From the NCBI RefSeq assembly GCF_009914755.1, contig NC_060932.1: DNA of 64,000 bases. One strand, written 5' to 3'. The notes under the pieces were generated by a model. The model saw only the letters and a program-made list of their open reading frames with translations. It made no database searches and was not told the DNA's origin. Positions 38,439 to 52,233 of this stretch are shown one piece after another. The stretch is from the human T2T-CHM13v2.0 reference genome, Homo sapiens. The translations under genes were made by a program, and so were the position numbers. Within the stretch, counting starts at the first letter, position 1. Each line of letters starts with the position of its first letter.

Positions 38439-38908
38439 TTTTGTAATTGTGGTGAAAGACACCTCATATTAAATTTACCATCGTAACCATTTCTAAGTGT
38501 ACCGCTCAGTAGTGGTAAGTACATTCACACTGATGTACGATCAATCTCCAGCAATTTTTCACCTTGCAAAACTGAAACTCTGCATCCTTTAAACAGCAGC
38601 TCTTCATCCCCTCTTCTCCTCAGCCCCTGGAAATCACCGTTCTACCTTCTGTCTCTATGAATTTCACTACTCTAGGAACCTCGACTCAGTGGAATTACAT
38701 AGTATGTGTCTGTTTGTGGCTGGCTGATTTCTCATAGCATCATGTCCTCAAGGTTCATCCCTGTTGTAGCAAGTGACAGAATTTCCTTCCTTTTTAAGGC
38801 TGAATACTATTCCATTGCACAGATAGACCACATTCTGTCTACCTGTTCACCTGTCAACGGGCACGTGGAGCTATTGTGAATACTGCTGCTGTGAACATGA
38901 AGTGTGCG
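38439..38908 (-). mobile_element. L1MB (2/3-like) 3' end, antisense
   Basis: AAATTTACCATCGTAACCATTTCTAAGTGTAC..CTTGCAAAACTGAAACTCT..TCAAGGTTCATCC..TTTCCTTCCTTTTTAAGGCTGAATA. Confidence 0.9.
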
Positions 38909-39848
38909 TTACTCATTTTTAACAACCTCCTTCAGAATGGGCAGCGCTTCCTCTTTCTTCATATGATTTTTTGGGGGAAAAAAAGTACTTCTGTACTGAG
39001 CAAGAGATCCACAGAATCTAAAACAATGAAGAGAAATATTTGTTTCACTGATTCCCCAATCCACCTAGATACCCAAGACCTGATTTAGCTGAAGCTTCTA
39101 AATATCCATCCTGAAATCAGCCTTTCCTGGGGCTCTTAATTGCCTTGTGATTCAGATCTAGTGAGTCATCTTCCTGCCCAGGACACAAACAATGGGCAAA
39201 AAGAAGCTGACACACACTGGCTCTCGGTCTTAAAAATACCTCTTTATTACACATTCCCTCTGAGTCATAAAAACAAACTCCTTCTCTAGTAGATTTTACA
39301 TTGGACATATTTATACTTTTATGACTCAATCCAATTTTATTTATATATACATACGTATACATGTGTTTATATATGTTTTTAGATACACACATATACATAT
39401 ATTTGCACACAGACAGTTTTGTTCTCTGTCTATACTTTTCAAGCTGAAGTCCAATTTGCTGATTTTTCAAGGGGATTTTCCACTGCAATACACACACAAA
39501 TATATGTTCACAACTACATGTGATAAATTTGCCTGTGCAGTTAAGGGAGCCATGTTTCAGAGTGGAGGTGTGTACACATTGAAATAAGAAACTACTTCAG
39601 AAGCACCCTCAGTTTTCTTTTGAATAAAACAGACGCAATAAATTGGCCATCATAAACCAAGGAAATAAGGGTCAGGTGGTGAGACACTGACCTTCTAAAA
39701 CTGTGCTAAACATTTCAAGTCACTTAAAAAGGCCAGGTAACCTTTTAAATGACCTTGGCCTTTACTAAAGGGTGGAGACATGGCCTTCTCATCAAGTGAC
39801 ACACGCAGAATAAGAAATAAGATTGGCAGGTTCATCTTCCCAGTCTAA

Positions 39849-40259
<411 letters not shown>

Positions 40260-40331
40260 TGCTGTTCTCTATTTCCTGTCCCTTCCTCTCTAAATCCTTT
40301 CCACTGACTAAGCTTCCTACAGGAAGCCCTT

Positions 40332-40473
40332 ATTTTTTTTTTTTTTTTTTTTTTTTTTTTGAGACAGACTCTCGCTCTGTCACCCAGGCTGGAATGCAGT
40401 GGTGCAGTCTTGGCTCACTGCGCCTCCCCAGGAAGGTGAAGCTCCTGGTGAGCTCGGCTCACCTCCACCTCCC
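40332..40473 (-). mobile_element. 5'-truncated Alu (T28 + about 60 bp) with complex junction
   Basis: T28 then GAGACAGACTCTCGCTCTGTCACCCAGGCTGG..GGCTCACTGC. TSD CAGGAAGCCCTT at 40320-40331 and 40474-40485. Confidence 0.9.
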
Positions 40474-40849
40474 CAGGAAGCCCTTCTTGATACCCTCCAC
40501 AAGTAGGCATGGATCCTCCCTCCCCTAACCTCCTCCTTTACGGATCCCAACTAGATAGAGGGTATGTTGTGAATTATCACCATGCCTCATCCCCACCCCC
40601 CCATCACTGCCCACCTGACACACACATGCATGCACCAGCCTCTGCTCCATAAAATCAATACCACCAGTGGTGTCCAGGGAGCGACACGGGTCTGTCCACG
40701 CCACACCTTACTGATATATAAAATGAGAGATCCCTGTCTTGCTTCCCACTCCACAGGTTCAAGGGCAGCAGAAACGATGCTGGAAAGGGATGCAACTGGG
40801 CAGTGCAGGGAAGGGACATGCAGGAGCTGAAGAGAAAAGGCTGTGCTTT

Positions 40850-41400
40850 TTAATCCTGCGCGCTTGTCACACACGGGAAAGAACAGGCTTCAGAACACGG
40901 GACAGAACAGGCCGGCTGTTTTCATATAAGTCAAATTACCGAGTCAGACAGAAAAACAAACCCACAGATATCTGTCAATCAAACGAGGCCATAATTGCTA
41001 TGTGAGGCTGCTTTTTTTTGTTGTTTGTTTCTGTAGATTTGAGGTCATATATTAACACATTAATTGGCATTTTGGTCATAATTATCGTGTAGTAAGCCGT
41101 TGATTACATGGTTGCATTTTGAAATTTTTAATTGGTTTGTTTCAATTGATAAAAGGTAATTTGTTCGGGGATGATGTTTAGAGTTATGTATTTAATATCA
41201 CTGAATAGATAATTAATATAATGCAGCAATAGTAAACAATGACTATGGTAATTATCATCGAAGTGCACATATTTGTACAAATATGACAGACTGATTTTCT
41301 CTCTCGAGTTGTGTTGGTCTCTGCTCAGAGCCGGTGCACTGTGTCACTTTATTCATAGATGTAATTAGCAGCATCTCTCTCACCCACTTCCTTCAATTTG
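40850..41400. promoter_or_regulatory. Candidate conserved developmental enhancer
   Basis: Repeat-free. PBX-MEIS decamer (TGATTGACAG on minus, 40972-40981), dense TAAT/ATTA cores, GTAAACA, TGACAG and an 18-bp palindrome at 41268-41285. Confidence 0.5.
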
Positions 41401-42609
41401 AAAAGAGCCGAGAATATAGGACAAAGGACATCCTAGAAGCCACGAGGCACTGTACTTTTCCCTCACTGCCGATTACCCCCTTAGAACTTCTCTGCATTTT
41501 CAGTCAGCTCTCGGCATTCCTGTAGTTTCAACTGAACCTTTTTATTAAAGTGTTCCTGGGTCATTAGGACACTTTTTCCCCAATCCAACAGAGCAACTGC
41601 AATCCCAGTGTAAGAAAGCCTCCCTTGGTGGTTTAACTAAATTCAGGAGGAAAAAACAGCACTTACCAGCAACTATTTGTAAATTGACAGATAAAGTTGG
41701 CAAAAAAAAAAAAAAAAAAACCACCTTAGTGTTTATAAAATCTGCTCTCCTAACAACAACAAAAATTCTTACAAGAAATAGCATGAACATTATGGGCTCC
41801 ATTTTAAAAGCTCTGCCTCTTTGTCATCAACAAAGTTGCTGTGTTACAGACTGAGGCTTCCCTTGTGGCCTGGGACCCTGTCACCATCAACCAGCCGGTC
41901 CCAGAAATACACAGAACATCCCAGACAGGGATAGGGCAAGAGCAGACAGCAGCCTGGGGCCCCCTACTCGTGGGTGCTGAAGAGGTTATTCCTGTGCCTC
42001 GGATGCCCCTGCCATAACCTTCTCTCTTCCTCCTCTTCCCCCCTCTGGCGACAGGGTAGGAATTCAAAGGCAGCCGCACCACCAGAAGAAAGAAATGACT
42101 CTGTTACCTGGTGCTATCCCATCTTCCTCTCTCAGCCTCTCCAGAGCAGAGGAAAGGGTGGGCTGCCCCCTCCCCAGCACCCAGCCCCCAGAATAAAGCA
42201 CACAACACTGGCACTGGCTTGCCAGGACACCCAAAACTGGGACTCACCTCACAAGATCAAAGTAAAACAGATGAGCCCACATGAGTCAATTCCTAGATTA
42301 ATAAACCTAAAGACTGGGGCAAGGGAACACAACTGGGAAGATACAGAGGGAGCTGCAGAAAACCGAGGGGTTAATTTATATGAAAAGGTAGTCAGGCTTA
42401 GAGATCAACAGTATCATCTGAAAAGCAAGAAGACAAAACTAAAATATGGTTTGTTTCATCTTATTCTAAAAAGTATTTTTTAGTATTTGCTAAACTTCTA
42501 GAGAAATGTAAAATAGCTTATTGTCTTGCATATATGGAAATCCAAATTTTTGGGGGTGGGGAAGCTCAGTTGATAGAAGGGCATGTTAGCAACCTTAAGT
42601 GACACAAGC

Positions 42610-42790
42610 TGCACGAACATAATCTCATTTGGGCCTCACAACAGTCCCGGCAAAGGTAAGAGGACGGGTGTTGTCGTTCCATTTTAGAGATGTAGAAACT
42701 GAGGCCGAATGATCTGCCAGGAGCCACATTTCTAGGATGTGATGGTACCCACCGTGGCACTACTGATGGGGAGCTCAGAGCGCTGTGCCC
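42610..42790 (-). mobile_element. MIR SINE
   Basis: ATCTCATTTGGGCCTCACAACAGTCC..TCCATTTTAGAGATGTAGAAACTGAGGC. Confidence 0.7.
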
Positions 42791-43216
42791 TACAGCACAA
42801 ATATGTCGTCCCATGTGCCACAAACTAGTGCTTCTCAAATATTAGTCATTTCCATACCACCTTTGTGGTTTCTGCCAACTGTGCTATTATTTACGTATTT
42901 CATGGAAACCACTATATGTACACGCATTTATTTTCTAAAGAGAACTCCATACCACCACTACAAATGGACAGCCTGTGACTGTCCACAGACAGAAGGTAGA
43001 CACACAATTAATACAGTGAAAACCAAACAATGTTATTAAAACGTTAGCCTGCCCAATGTTTCCCTTCTCTCTCTGCAAAAAGGGGAAATTGGCAAGTATC
43101 ACGAGGTGGCGATGTAAGTTGTAATAAGGTGCGACCTTCTCCCTTCAATCAGCACAGGCCCTGGAGGGGCCTGGGCAGGGAGGGCAGCAGGACAGAAGTT
43201 GCATAAAGAATTTCTC

Positions 43217-43680
<464 letters not shown>

Positions 43681-43792
43681 TTTACCAGCGACACACACAA
43701 TCGCCAGATCCTCCACCCCTCACTCGGACTCATCGGAGTTGTCCTACCTTCTCCAGTTCTGCATGTCTTTAATTACTTCTCAACAAGTTATG

Positions 43793-43947
43793 ATTTTTTT
43801 TTTTTTGAGACAGAGTTTCCTTTTTTTTTTTTTTTGCGACAGGGTCTCACTCTTTCACCCAGGATAGAGTGCAGTAATGAGATCTTGGCTCACTGCAGCC
43901 CTGACCTCCTGGGTTCAAGCAATCCTCCTGCCTCGGCCTCCCAAAAT
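43793..43947 (-). mobile_element. AluJ/FRAM-like right-arm fragment
   Basis: T-runs plus GACAGGGTCTCACTCT..CACTGCAGCC.TGACCTCCTGGGTTCAAGCAATCCTCCTGCCTC. Confidence 0.85.
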
Positions 43948-43977
43948 GATTACTTGTTAAATATAACTAAATTCCCG

Positions 43978-44270
<293 letters not shown>

Positions 44271-44991
44271 TAAATTCCTATTCCTAATTTTAAAAACAAC
44301 ATTTTCCCTTTCTCATAAAAAAAAAAAAAAGAAAAACTCTTCAGCCCTGATCTAAAAATTAAAGCAGGGTGCATTATATGAAGGGATACATTTTAACATA
44401 CTTCTGAATGGATCACATTAGTTAAGAAGGTTCATCCCACCCATCCTTGCGTTTCCAGAAATAGAATATTATCTGTAACTCTTATCTAAAAAGATGTCTC
44501 CTTTCCGGCTGCAGAGCCGAGAGGAGCCCTTTCTGCCCACTGCCTCCGAGTGCTCGCTTTGCCAGGCTGGGGTCTCACGTCAGCCCCACGGCTGTGCCCG
44601 CAATGGAGTCACTTTGGACCGTGGCCAAGTGCACAGGTACGGGCAGCAACACCTCAAACCATGGGAGACTCGCTTCCCCTTTCCGGTCCCTCTAAAGTCG
44701 TTTTCCCGCTCTTTGGAGTTTCGCATCAGTCTGAGGAACACGGTTGTTGTGGTCCGGGGTCTCTGCACTGCTCAGAGTTGAAGGGCGGTGAACTCGCTGG
44801 AGTGACAGTCCAGAGAAACGGTGACCTGTCTCCGAGCCCCTGGGACGTGGGGGGTGCCACAGATGCTAGGAGAATGCAGGAATCCTCCAGGCAGCATGGG
44901 CTTCCCTGCCTGTGAGCTGGTGGTTGAGCACCCTTCTCGTTACAGCCTTTCCATGCAGATGGCCATGCCAAGAGCAGTGCCAGGCATCAAG

Positions 44992-45320
44992 AGGTGGCAG
45001 ACTGTCCCCAGGACAGCCCCATGGCCCCTGCCTCCTGTTCTCATGCCCTGTGTGACCCCTTCTACCCTGTACACGGTTGGTTGGCGTCACCCATAGGAGA
45101 CAGAGTGTGTCACTTCCCAGGCAGGGTTATATAAAGACACTGTGACTTTCACTCATTCCTGGACCACACGCCTTGGGAGAAGTCAGCCACTGCGTTGTGA
45201 GGACATGGGGACAGAGGTGGTGAGGCCTACGTGGTGAAGGTCTGAGGCCTCCTGCCAACAGCTGATGACTGAGCTGCTGCGGAAGCTGACCCTCCACACT
45301 CCCTAGGCTCGGTGGCCAGC
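44992..45320 (+). mobile_element. MLT1F-like MaLR LTR fragment
   Basis: CCCCTGCCTCCTGTTCTCATGCCCTGTGTGACCCC..TGTCACTTCC..AAAGACACTGTGACTT..CTACGTGGTGAAGGTCTGAGGCCTCCTGCCAACAGC. Confidence 0.7.
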
Positions 45321-45379
45321 CCCTTTGCTGGGGTCAGAGCCACATTCCCATCTTGCTCCAGGATGGATCGCCGGTTCCT

Positions 45380-45850
45380 TGAATCCAACACATGCAACAC
45401 TGAGCATGTCACATCCTCCAGGCCTGCTCCTTCTCATCTACTCTGGCTCAAACCTGAGGACCCGTCAGACCCTCTCTCCCACTCGTGCCACATCCAGACA
45501 GCACCGGGCCCTGCTGACATTCTGCTCTCTGTGTCCCTTACATTTGTCACCTGATTTCGACTCTCACTGCAACCGGCACTCATCTGTACCTGGGAAGGGC
45601 CACCTCGCCTCTGCCGGTAACCCAACAAGGCCCCAGCTGGCGTCCCAGCTTCCAGAAACCATCTACCACAGGTCTGTGAGTAGCTTTTTAAACAATAGTG
45701 TGAATGTGCCAAGACCCTACTTTAAAACTTCCAATGGCTCCCTTTTGCAAATAGGTTTTGCAAACCTTTCAGCAAGCCCTTCCAGGCTAAGATAAAGCCC
45801 CACCTCTCCTTCCAGCTGAACGCTATGTCCAGCGTCTGCTCCAGCCCAGG
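45380..45850 (+). mobile_element. L2 fragment
   Basis: GCCTGCTCCTTCTCA..GGCTCAAACCTGAG..CACATCCA..TTTAAAACTTCCAATGGCTCCC. Confidence 0.55.
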
Positions 45851-45916
45851 GCTCCTAAGGAGGCTCAGACCAGCGCCACGCCCAGAAAGTGTGATTTCAT
45901 CAGTATGCAGCAGTAT

Positions 45917-46164
45917 TTTTTTTTTAAATAACACCTTCACTGAGATATAATTCACATACCATACAACTGACCCATTTAAAGTATACAATCCGATGGCTTT
46001 TAGTCTATTCAGAAAGTTGTACAACCGCCGCCACATTCCATTTCAGAACACTGTCATCACCCCCAAAATACCCCTGGTACCTGCATCCAGCCACTCCTAG
46101 TTTCCTCGAAACCCCCAGCCCTCGGCCCTCAGCAGCCACTCACCTGCTTCCTGTGTCTGGATTT
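45917..46164 (-). mobile_element. L1MB 3' end, antisense
   Basis: TGAGATATAATTCACATACCATACAA..CCCATTTAAAGTATACAAT..TCAGAAAGTTGTACAACC..TCATCACCCCCAAAA. Confidence 0.9.
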
Positions 46165-48129
46165 CAGGCAGCAGCTGTTTTACTCACAGTTCTCTACCGA
46201 TGCAAGAGCATCCCAGGGAGAGAACCTCTGGCCAGACGAGACCTCACCCTGCTTTTGCTCACAGTTTCACCCTTCTGGGGATGTCTTTCTTTTATTTCTG
46301 TGTTTAAAATTCTACCCACACTGCAAAGTACACTTCAAATACAACCTCCTCCATTAAACCTTCACTCTCTCTTCTCTTCCTCAGTTTACTCTAACATCAC
46401 CCAAATAGCTAGGGGAAAAAAAACCCAAAGCAAATATGGGTTCTTCCTTTACGATCGCACCATTCTTTGCTGCTCTAGGGTTATGTGGTCATGCTTGTTT
46501 TGTTCTGGTCCAAACCACACACTCCTGGACAGCAGGAACCATTTCTAACTCAGCTCTGAATCTGCAGTGACTACAGCGCACTGTTTGCATGTAGTAGGTA
46601 CTGAAAGTATATACTCCAAATACATAAATATACGGTCTGTTTACAAATTTTCTCCACTGTTACAGATTTCAAATTGGAGGACACGCTCCCGTCCTCTCCA
46701 CCCACACCAAATCCTTATTTTTTTCCCTTAATAATAGTAATGATGAAACAATGATATTGAATAAGCTTTCAAGTTACAATGCCAAAATCATTACACACAC
46801 ACACACACGTGCAGATGCGGGTGTATGTATATCTGTGTGTGTATGTGTGTAATTTTTAAATTTTCACTGCAGTGAGCCAGGACAGTTATACAATAAGCCA
46901 TGTATAATTATTAATCCACCATCATTCGGGAGGCAGCATGTCTTACACATTTCAGGGAATCCACTTGCCAAGAATAATTTTTATATTGAAGGATTTTGAA
47001 AGTGAACAGGTCACAGGGTCACATCATCAGAATGTATAAACATCAAAAGTACAAGAAGGCCACCCGCCCCGTGGATGGAGTGCTCACAAACACGCCTCTT
47101 CAGAGGATGCCTGCTTGCAGGGCCGGGCAGTAGAAAATGAATTATGCAGGCGGCAAGCAACCTAAAAAATCAGATGGTACACTCTTCAGGCTAAAACACA
47201 GCCTGAATCAACAAGCGAGATGCTGCCTTAACATGGATTAAACACACTTGAAAATCATATACGGTCATTTCACAAAGAGCCTTATCTAACCGAAATGTCT
47301 TATTCCATCCTTTATCAGTTGGCCTTTCTTTTCTAATGCAAAGCTATTCTTCGTATGAATTATTTTATTCCTATTGTTTGTCTTAAGGAAGGAAAAGCTG
47401 ATCCCCACATAGAACAGGTGCTCCGATCGGACGGTTCTCGCCTCGCACTGCATAGGCCCTGCCTGTCCCTGGAGTTTGACTCAGCTCCGCCAGTGAAAAA
47501 TTAGACTTCATTTCAGTATGCTAATAGCAATCTCTCCAAAACAATGTAATCAAGGCCTCATGTGCACCTATAATTTCATCCTTGACATAAGCCTGACAGC
47601 TATTTATTGTCTGAAAGGAAAAGCAGGGAGAGGCGGGGGGAGGGGAAAGGAGACTCCTACATGCCCCCTCCCCCAAAACGAGCCCAGCAGCTTTATGTTT
47701 GAAGGCAGAGTCTTTGCAAAGTCCAAAAAAATGGCAATAATCATGGGGTTTACATGTGTCTTGTCTTAAGCAATCAAGGCACAGAGTTAACAGAGAAGCA
47801 CAGTCAGATGTGCCAATCCCCCAACTGCCCACCTCTGATGAGCCAGCTGTGAGCCGCAATTGTCACATTATAATTTAGGCAAAGAGAAAAAAAAAGGCAT
47901 GAGATACACACTGGATCAACATAATTATTCACAGCAGGATGCTGCAGAATTAATTTAGCCAATCAGAATTATACTTGGGGGTTGGGCACATTGCAGAGAT
48001 CAAGGAAAAAAAGCAGGGAGAGGGAAGGGGGAGGAGGGGGGGAAGCGCTGTTTTCAACACCTTACTGGTATTTGGATAATCTGATCTTGAATATATTTTG
48101 AATACATGTACGTGCAATATTGGTTCTGT

Positions 48130-48358
48130 TTCATCTATTTACAAACACCTATACAACACTGATGGCGTGCCAGTCACCAGTCTAAGCGCTTCACAAATAT
48201 TAACTTACGTCATCCTCACGGACTCTGAGGTAGGTACTACTATTACGCTGGTTTTAGGTACTGAAACTCAGAGAGGTTCAAAAACTTGCCAAGGTCACAC
48301 ACCTAGGAGGTGGCAGAGCCAAACACTGAACCCAGGCAGACTGGCTCCAGAGGCTATT
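48130..48358 (-). mobile_element. MIR SINE
   Basis: CTAAGCGCTTCACAAATATTAAC..GAGGTAGGTACTACTATT..ACTTGCCAAGGTCACAC..GAACCCAGGCAGACTGGCTCCAGAG. Confidence 0.85.
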
Positions 48359-49195
48359 AACAAGCGTGGCTTAACAGTTCTCGCTCCTAAACAAAGCAAT
48401 TTGCAATATGAAGACACACTACGACTAGCGATATGCACCTAACCTAGAACATGGCACCACGAGACTTCACCGCTCCTATGTTCCTTTAACCTGACTTTCC
48501 TAAAGATGGTGGCGATCCGGCCCTGCTAAATCCGGTCACTATACTATAGGGTTGTTCACTTCCCTGTCTGGGTACTGTTACCACCAGACTTCACAAATGG
48601 GAAAAGCAAGCCACCATCCCACGAGCCTCACGAGGCTCTGTGATTCACCACAGAACATCCTCAACAGGAGTGGCGTCTTGGTCTCCCCTGCTTCTTGACA
48701 CGGACTTCCTATAGAAAAGCAGCAGACAAGAATCTACAAAATCGATGAGAAAGAAAGAAAAAGTCGGCTGCTCCAAGAATAAGAATAAGGTTTGAGGAAG
48801 AGTTAGAGGTCACATTAAAACAACTTTTTGTCTGGATATGTATCTGAAGAGTCAGGTTTGCAGTGACGCAAAATGGTGCTTGCCCTTCCCATGGGCACAG
48901 GGTGATTGGAAACGAAAGTGGCCCTCTTGCTTGGAATTCTGTCATGAGGGTAGATATCAGAGGAGCCAGAAGGAGCCCTGATTTCCTTGCAAAAGTTAGA
49001 CTTCAGCTTGCATTTGCTGCTTCTGGTAACGGGGAAAATGACAGGGAGCGACCCGGGGTTTTATGTCTGGCAATAATGTTTGATCTATGCCATTGTCGAT
49101 GAGAACTGCGATTTAATCCATAAGGATATAGAGCCTCGTGATGAAAGGGGAATAACGACAAATCCTGATTAACAATCGCTGCGACACTAAAGCAG

Positions 49196-49209
49196 GTTAC
49201 CATAGTAAC
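49196..49209. promoter_or_regulatory. RFX X-box motif
   Basis: GTTACCATAGTAAC fits GTNRCC-N2-RGYAAC and lies in repeat-free, CpG-retaining sequence. Confidence 0.5.
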
Positions 49210-50177
49210 GGGGCTGAAATTATACAACAAACTGGGATGCCATACCAGGCAAATTACTCCGTGAAGGGACCCTTTTCTGAAAGCATTTGGCTTTCTGTGT
49301 TCTCTTAAAATTAAGATGCCAGCATTTTACTTTCAACGGGTATCAGCCTCCCTCTCTTTTTTCTAAACACTCCCTCTTCACTTGGTCTCGGGTGATGTGA
49401 GGGATAAGTACATGTGCACAGGAAATGCAGCAAACAATTAAGCACATTTCAGCTCCTCTTTCCCCGTGAAAGAAGAGGACAAACCAAAACGACGGTGCAG
49501 GGAATCCTCCTTTCATCCCATTCTTTGGATAAAAATTACGCTTAATTCTTTGATGGAGGGAACTGGGGAAGTCAAAGCATGCCCCAGTGAAATCTTCTAC
49601 TTCTTACTCCACATAACAAAGTTATCTGGATTTATGGGGAAATGGAGCAAAATAAAGGATCAGGGTGGGAACTGGGAAAAGGAAGGTGCTTTCTTTGTTC
49701 TGAAGAATGTTTAATTTTCAATTAGAGTTTTTGGAAATAAAAACATGGTTTAAAGTATTATTTTCTAATAGTTACTCAAAATAATTTCAAAAACCAGGCA
49801 ATAAGTGAATCTGCATTGGAAAACATCACTTTAAAACTATTATGGCTATTATCGCAACTGACTTTGGCAGTTCCTTTACAAAATAGATCTTATCAAATAG
49901 TCCGGGAAAAATCTACTACATTTAAGCATCACACTCACTGTCTTCTTTCAATTGCAGAGGACATTAAAAACAAACAGAAGTCAGAGTTGTAAATAACCTC
50001 CTAAAGAGACTAAAGATTGGAGGGAAGGTTAAAGAAATTCAGACACTGCAGATATTTAATATTCCTCCTTCCAGGAGAGGGGAAAAATCAGAGCTTCACC
50101 TTTGTCAGAAATGCTACTGCTCTGAAAACCACATTTCCCTAGAGATTGATCCATGGCTTTCCACTTAAACCACTGAA

Positions 50178-50376
50178 GGGCAGTGCAGCCTAGAGGACAG
50201 AACACGGATTTAGAAGCAGAAGCCCTCAGGTGCCATCTCCATCACTTGCCAGCTCTAAGACCGCAGTCCAGACAGTCCTCTGGGTCTTGGTTTCCTCTCC
50301 TGGAAAATGGGAATCCTATTACCTACCTCGTTGGCCTAGAGAAGTTTCTGAGATAACTAGGGAAACACTGTACATA
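50178..50376 (+). mobile_element. MIR SINE
   Basis: GGCAGTGCAGCCTAGAGGACAGAACACGGATTT..CTTGGTTTCCTC..GGAAAATGGGAAT..TACCTACCTC. Confidence 0.65.
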
Positions 50377-50378
50377 AG

Positions 50379-50718
<340 letters not shown>

Positions 50719-51229
50719 CTAAATCTCGTGATCCAGTCATCAACATTGACTGAGTGCCTACTACCAGCTAGGCACAGTGCAACCACGGTAATCCTAGAAC
50801 CCCATTTTCACCTGGCAAAAAACCTGCTGCCAAGTTTTGTCTCTAGCAAATTCTTATTGGCATTTTATGCCAGGTCAAAAGAAGAAAGCAAACTAAATTA
50901 AAACAAAAAAAAAAAAAGCAGGCATTTGTCAAGAGGTGAGTTCCTTCACTCTGGTCCCATTTATCTGTGTATCTTTCAGAGGTCTACTACAGCATTGACT
51001 GCATTAAAATTAGGATACAAATTATGTGCACAGCAGAAGCCAGAAGGCTGGGATGTGACTCCATGCATGCTTAGCTCTAAGGCTTCTGTGTGTTCTCTGA
51101 GTGGGTTTCTTTGTCTCTGCCATAACTATCCCCGCACTTCTAGTGGTTAGATGAAGCAGGAGGGGAGATGGCTGGGCCTGTGTGGGTGACAATGTATGTC
51201 TTGTGCATTGGAGTGCGTTTTCCTTTCTG

Positions 51230-51440
51230 GTGCCAGGCTTCTTGGGTTCAAACCTCAACTCATCCTTGATCAGTTGTGTGCTATCACACAAGTCATGGAA
51301 ACTTTTCTAGGTCTGCTTCCTCACCTCTGAAGTGGGGAAATGGCAGTTGCACAGGCCTCCCGACGGTGATGTGAGGATTATAAGGCGTGAGGGGCGAGGC
51401 ACACAGAACCAGGCCTGGCACAGGGTAAGCACTCAGTATA
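51230..51440 (+). mobile_element. MIR SINE
   Basis: GGGTTCAAACC..TTCCTCACCTCTGAAGTGGGG..GTGAGGATTA..GCCTGGCACAGGGTAAGCACTCA. Confidence 0.65.
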
Positions 51441-52233
51441 ACGTCCACTCCCATTTCTGTGGGTGTTCAGAACCCAGGGTCTACGCTGGTGGCCAGTGGA
51501 TGACAGATGAATTTCCTTTGGTGAGCGCAGGGTTTGTTGGATTTGAGTGCCTTTGGACAGAACAGGCCCTCTACAACTCACTGCATCTGCCCATCACCTT
51601 TTCTTATCTTACACCAGTATTTGCACAGCCCCCAAAAAGGACTTCCGTTTGCCTGCCTTGCATATATTCATCTTTAGGTGTATGGCTCGTTTTGTCTGTG
51701 TCTCACTCTGAGTCCTTGATTTTTTTTCTTTATTACTGTGAAGTCTCCGAGTGTGTCTGTGTCTGTGATCTTTCTCTTTCCTTCTCTTTTTCATCCTCAA
51801 TCACTCATTTCTATTTTTAGCCATTAGATAGATTTATGTCCCTGTTCTTATTTTTTTAAAGCAAAGTAGAACGTACTTCTCTCTTAAAGGAGTTAAGCTT
51901 CTTTTTAGTCAGTTGATCTTGACTCATTTTTCCTGTGCACTGGTAACTTCTGATAGAAAATGTGCTCTCTCCATCCCTGCTGCAGAAAAATCCAAATTAT
52001 AAAATAGAGAAACCGAGAAATTATGCATATTACACAACAGTTCATGTAGGGGTTGTATGTTTGTTCATTTGCTTGTAATATCAGGCCCTTGGTATGCTAA
52101 AACGTGAATTTATTATAGGCCATCAAATTCCAAATCTCGTAGATCAAGGTAAAGCTAAACATTTAAGGCAAATGCCTGAAATGTGAAAACCAATCAAAAA
52201 TAAAAATAGGAAATCTTTGTAAAGCTATGCAAA

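Noticed and set aside
41974-42483. 169-aa ORF (likewise 16837-17331, 51332-51820, 57870-58367)
   Set aside because: Non-ATG or weak starts and no recognisable domain. Lengths are within chance expectation, and some overlap L2/MIR relics.
42825-43100. Possible hAT-Charlie relic starting CTAGTGCTTCTCAAA
   Set aside because: Only one terminus-like word is visible and I could not assign the family with confidence.
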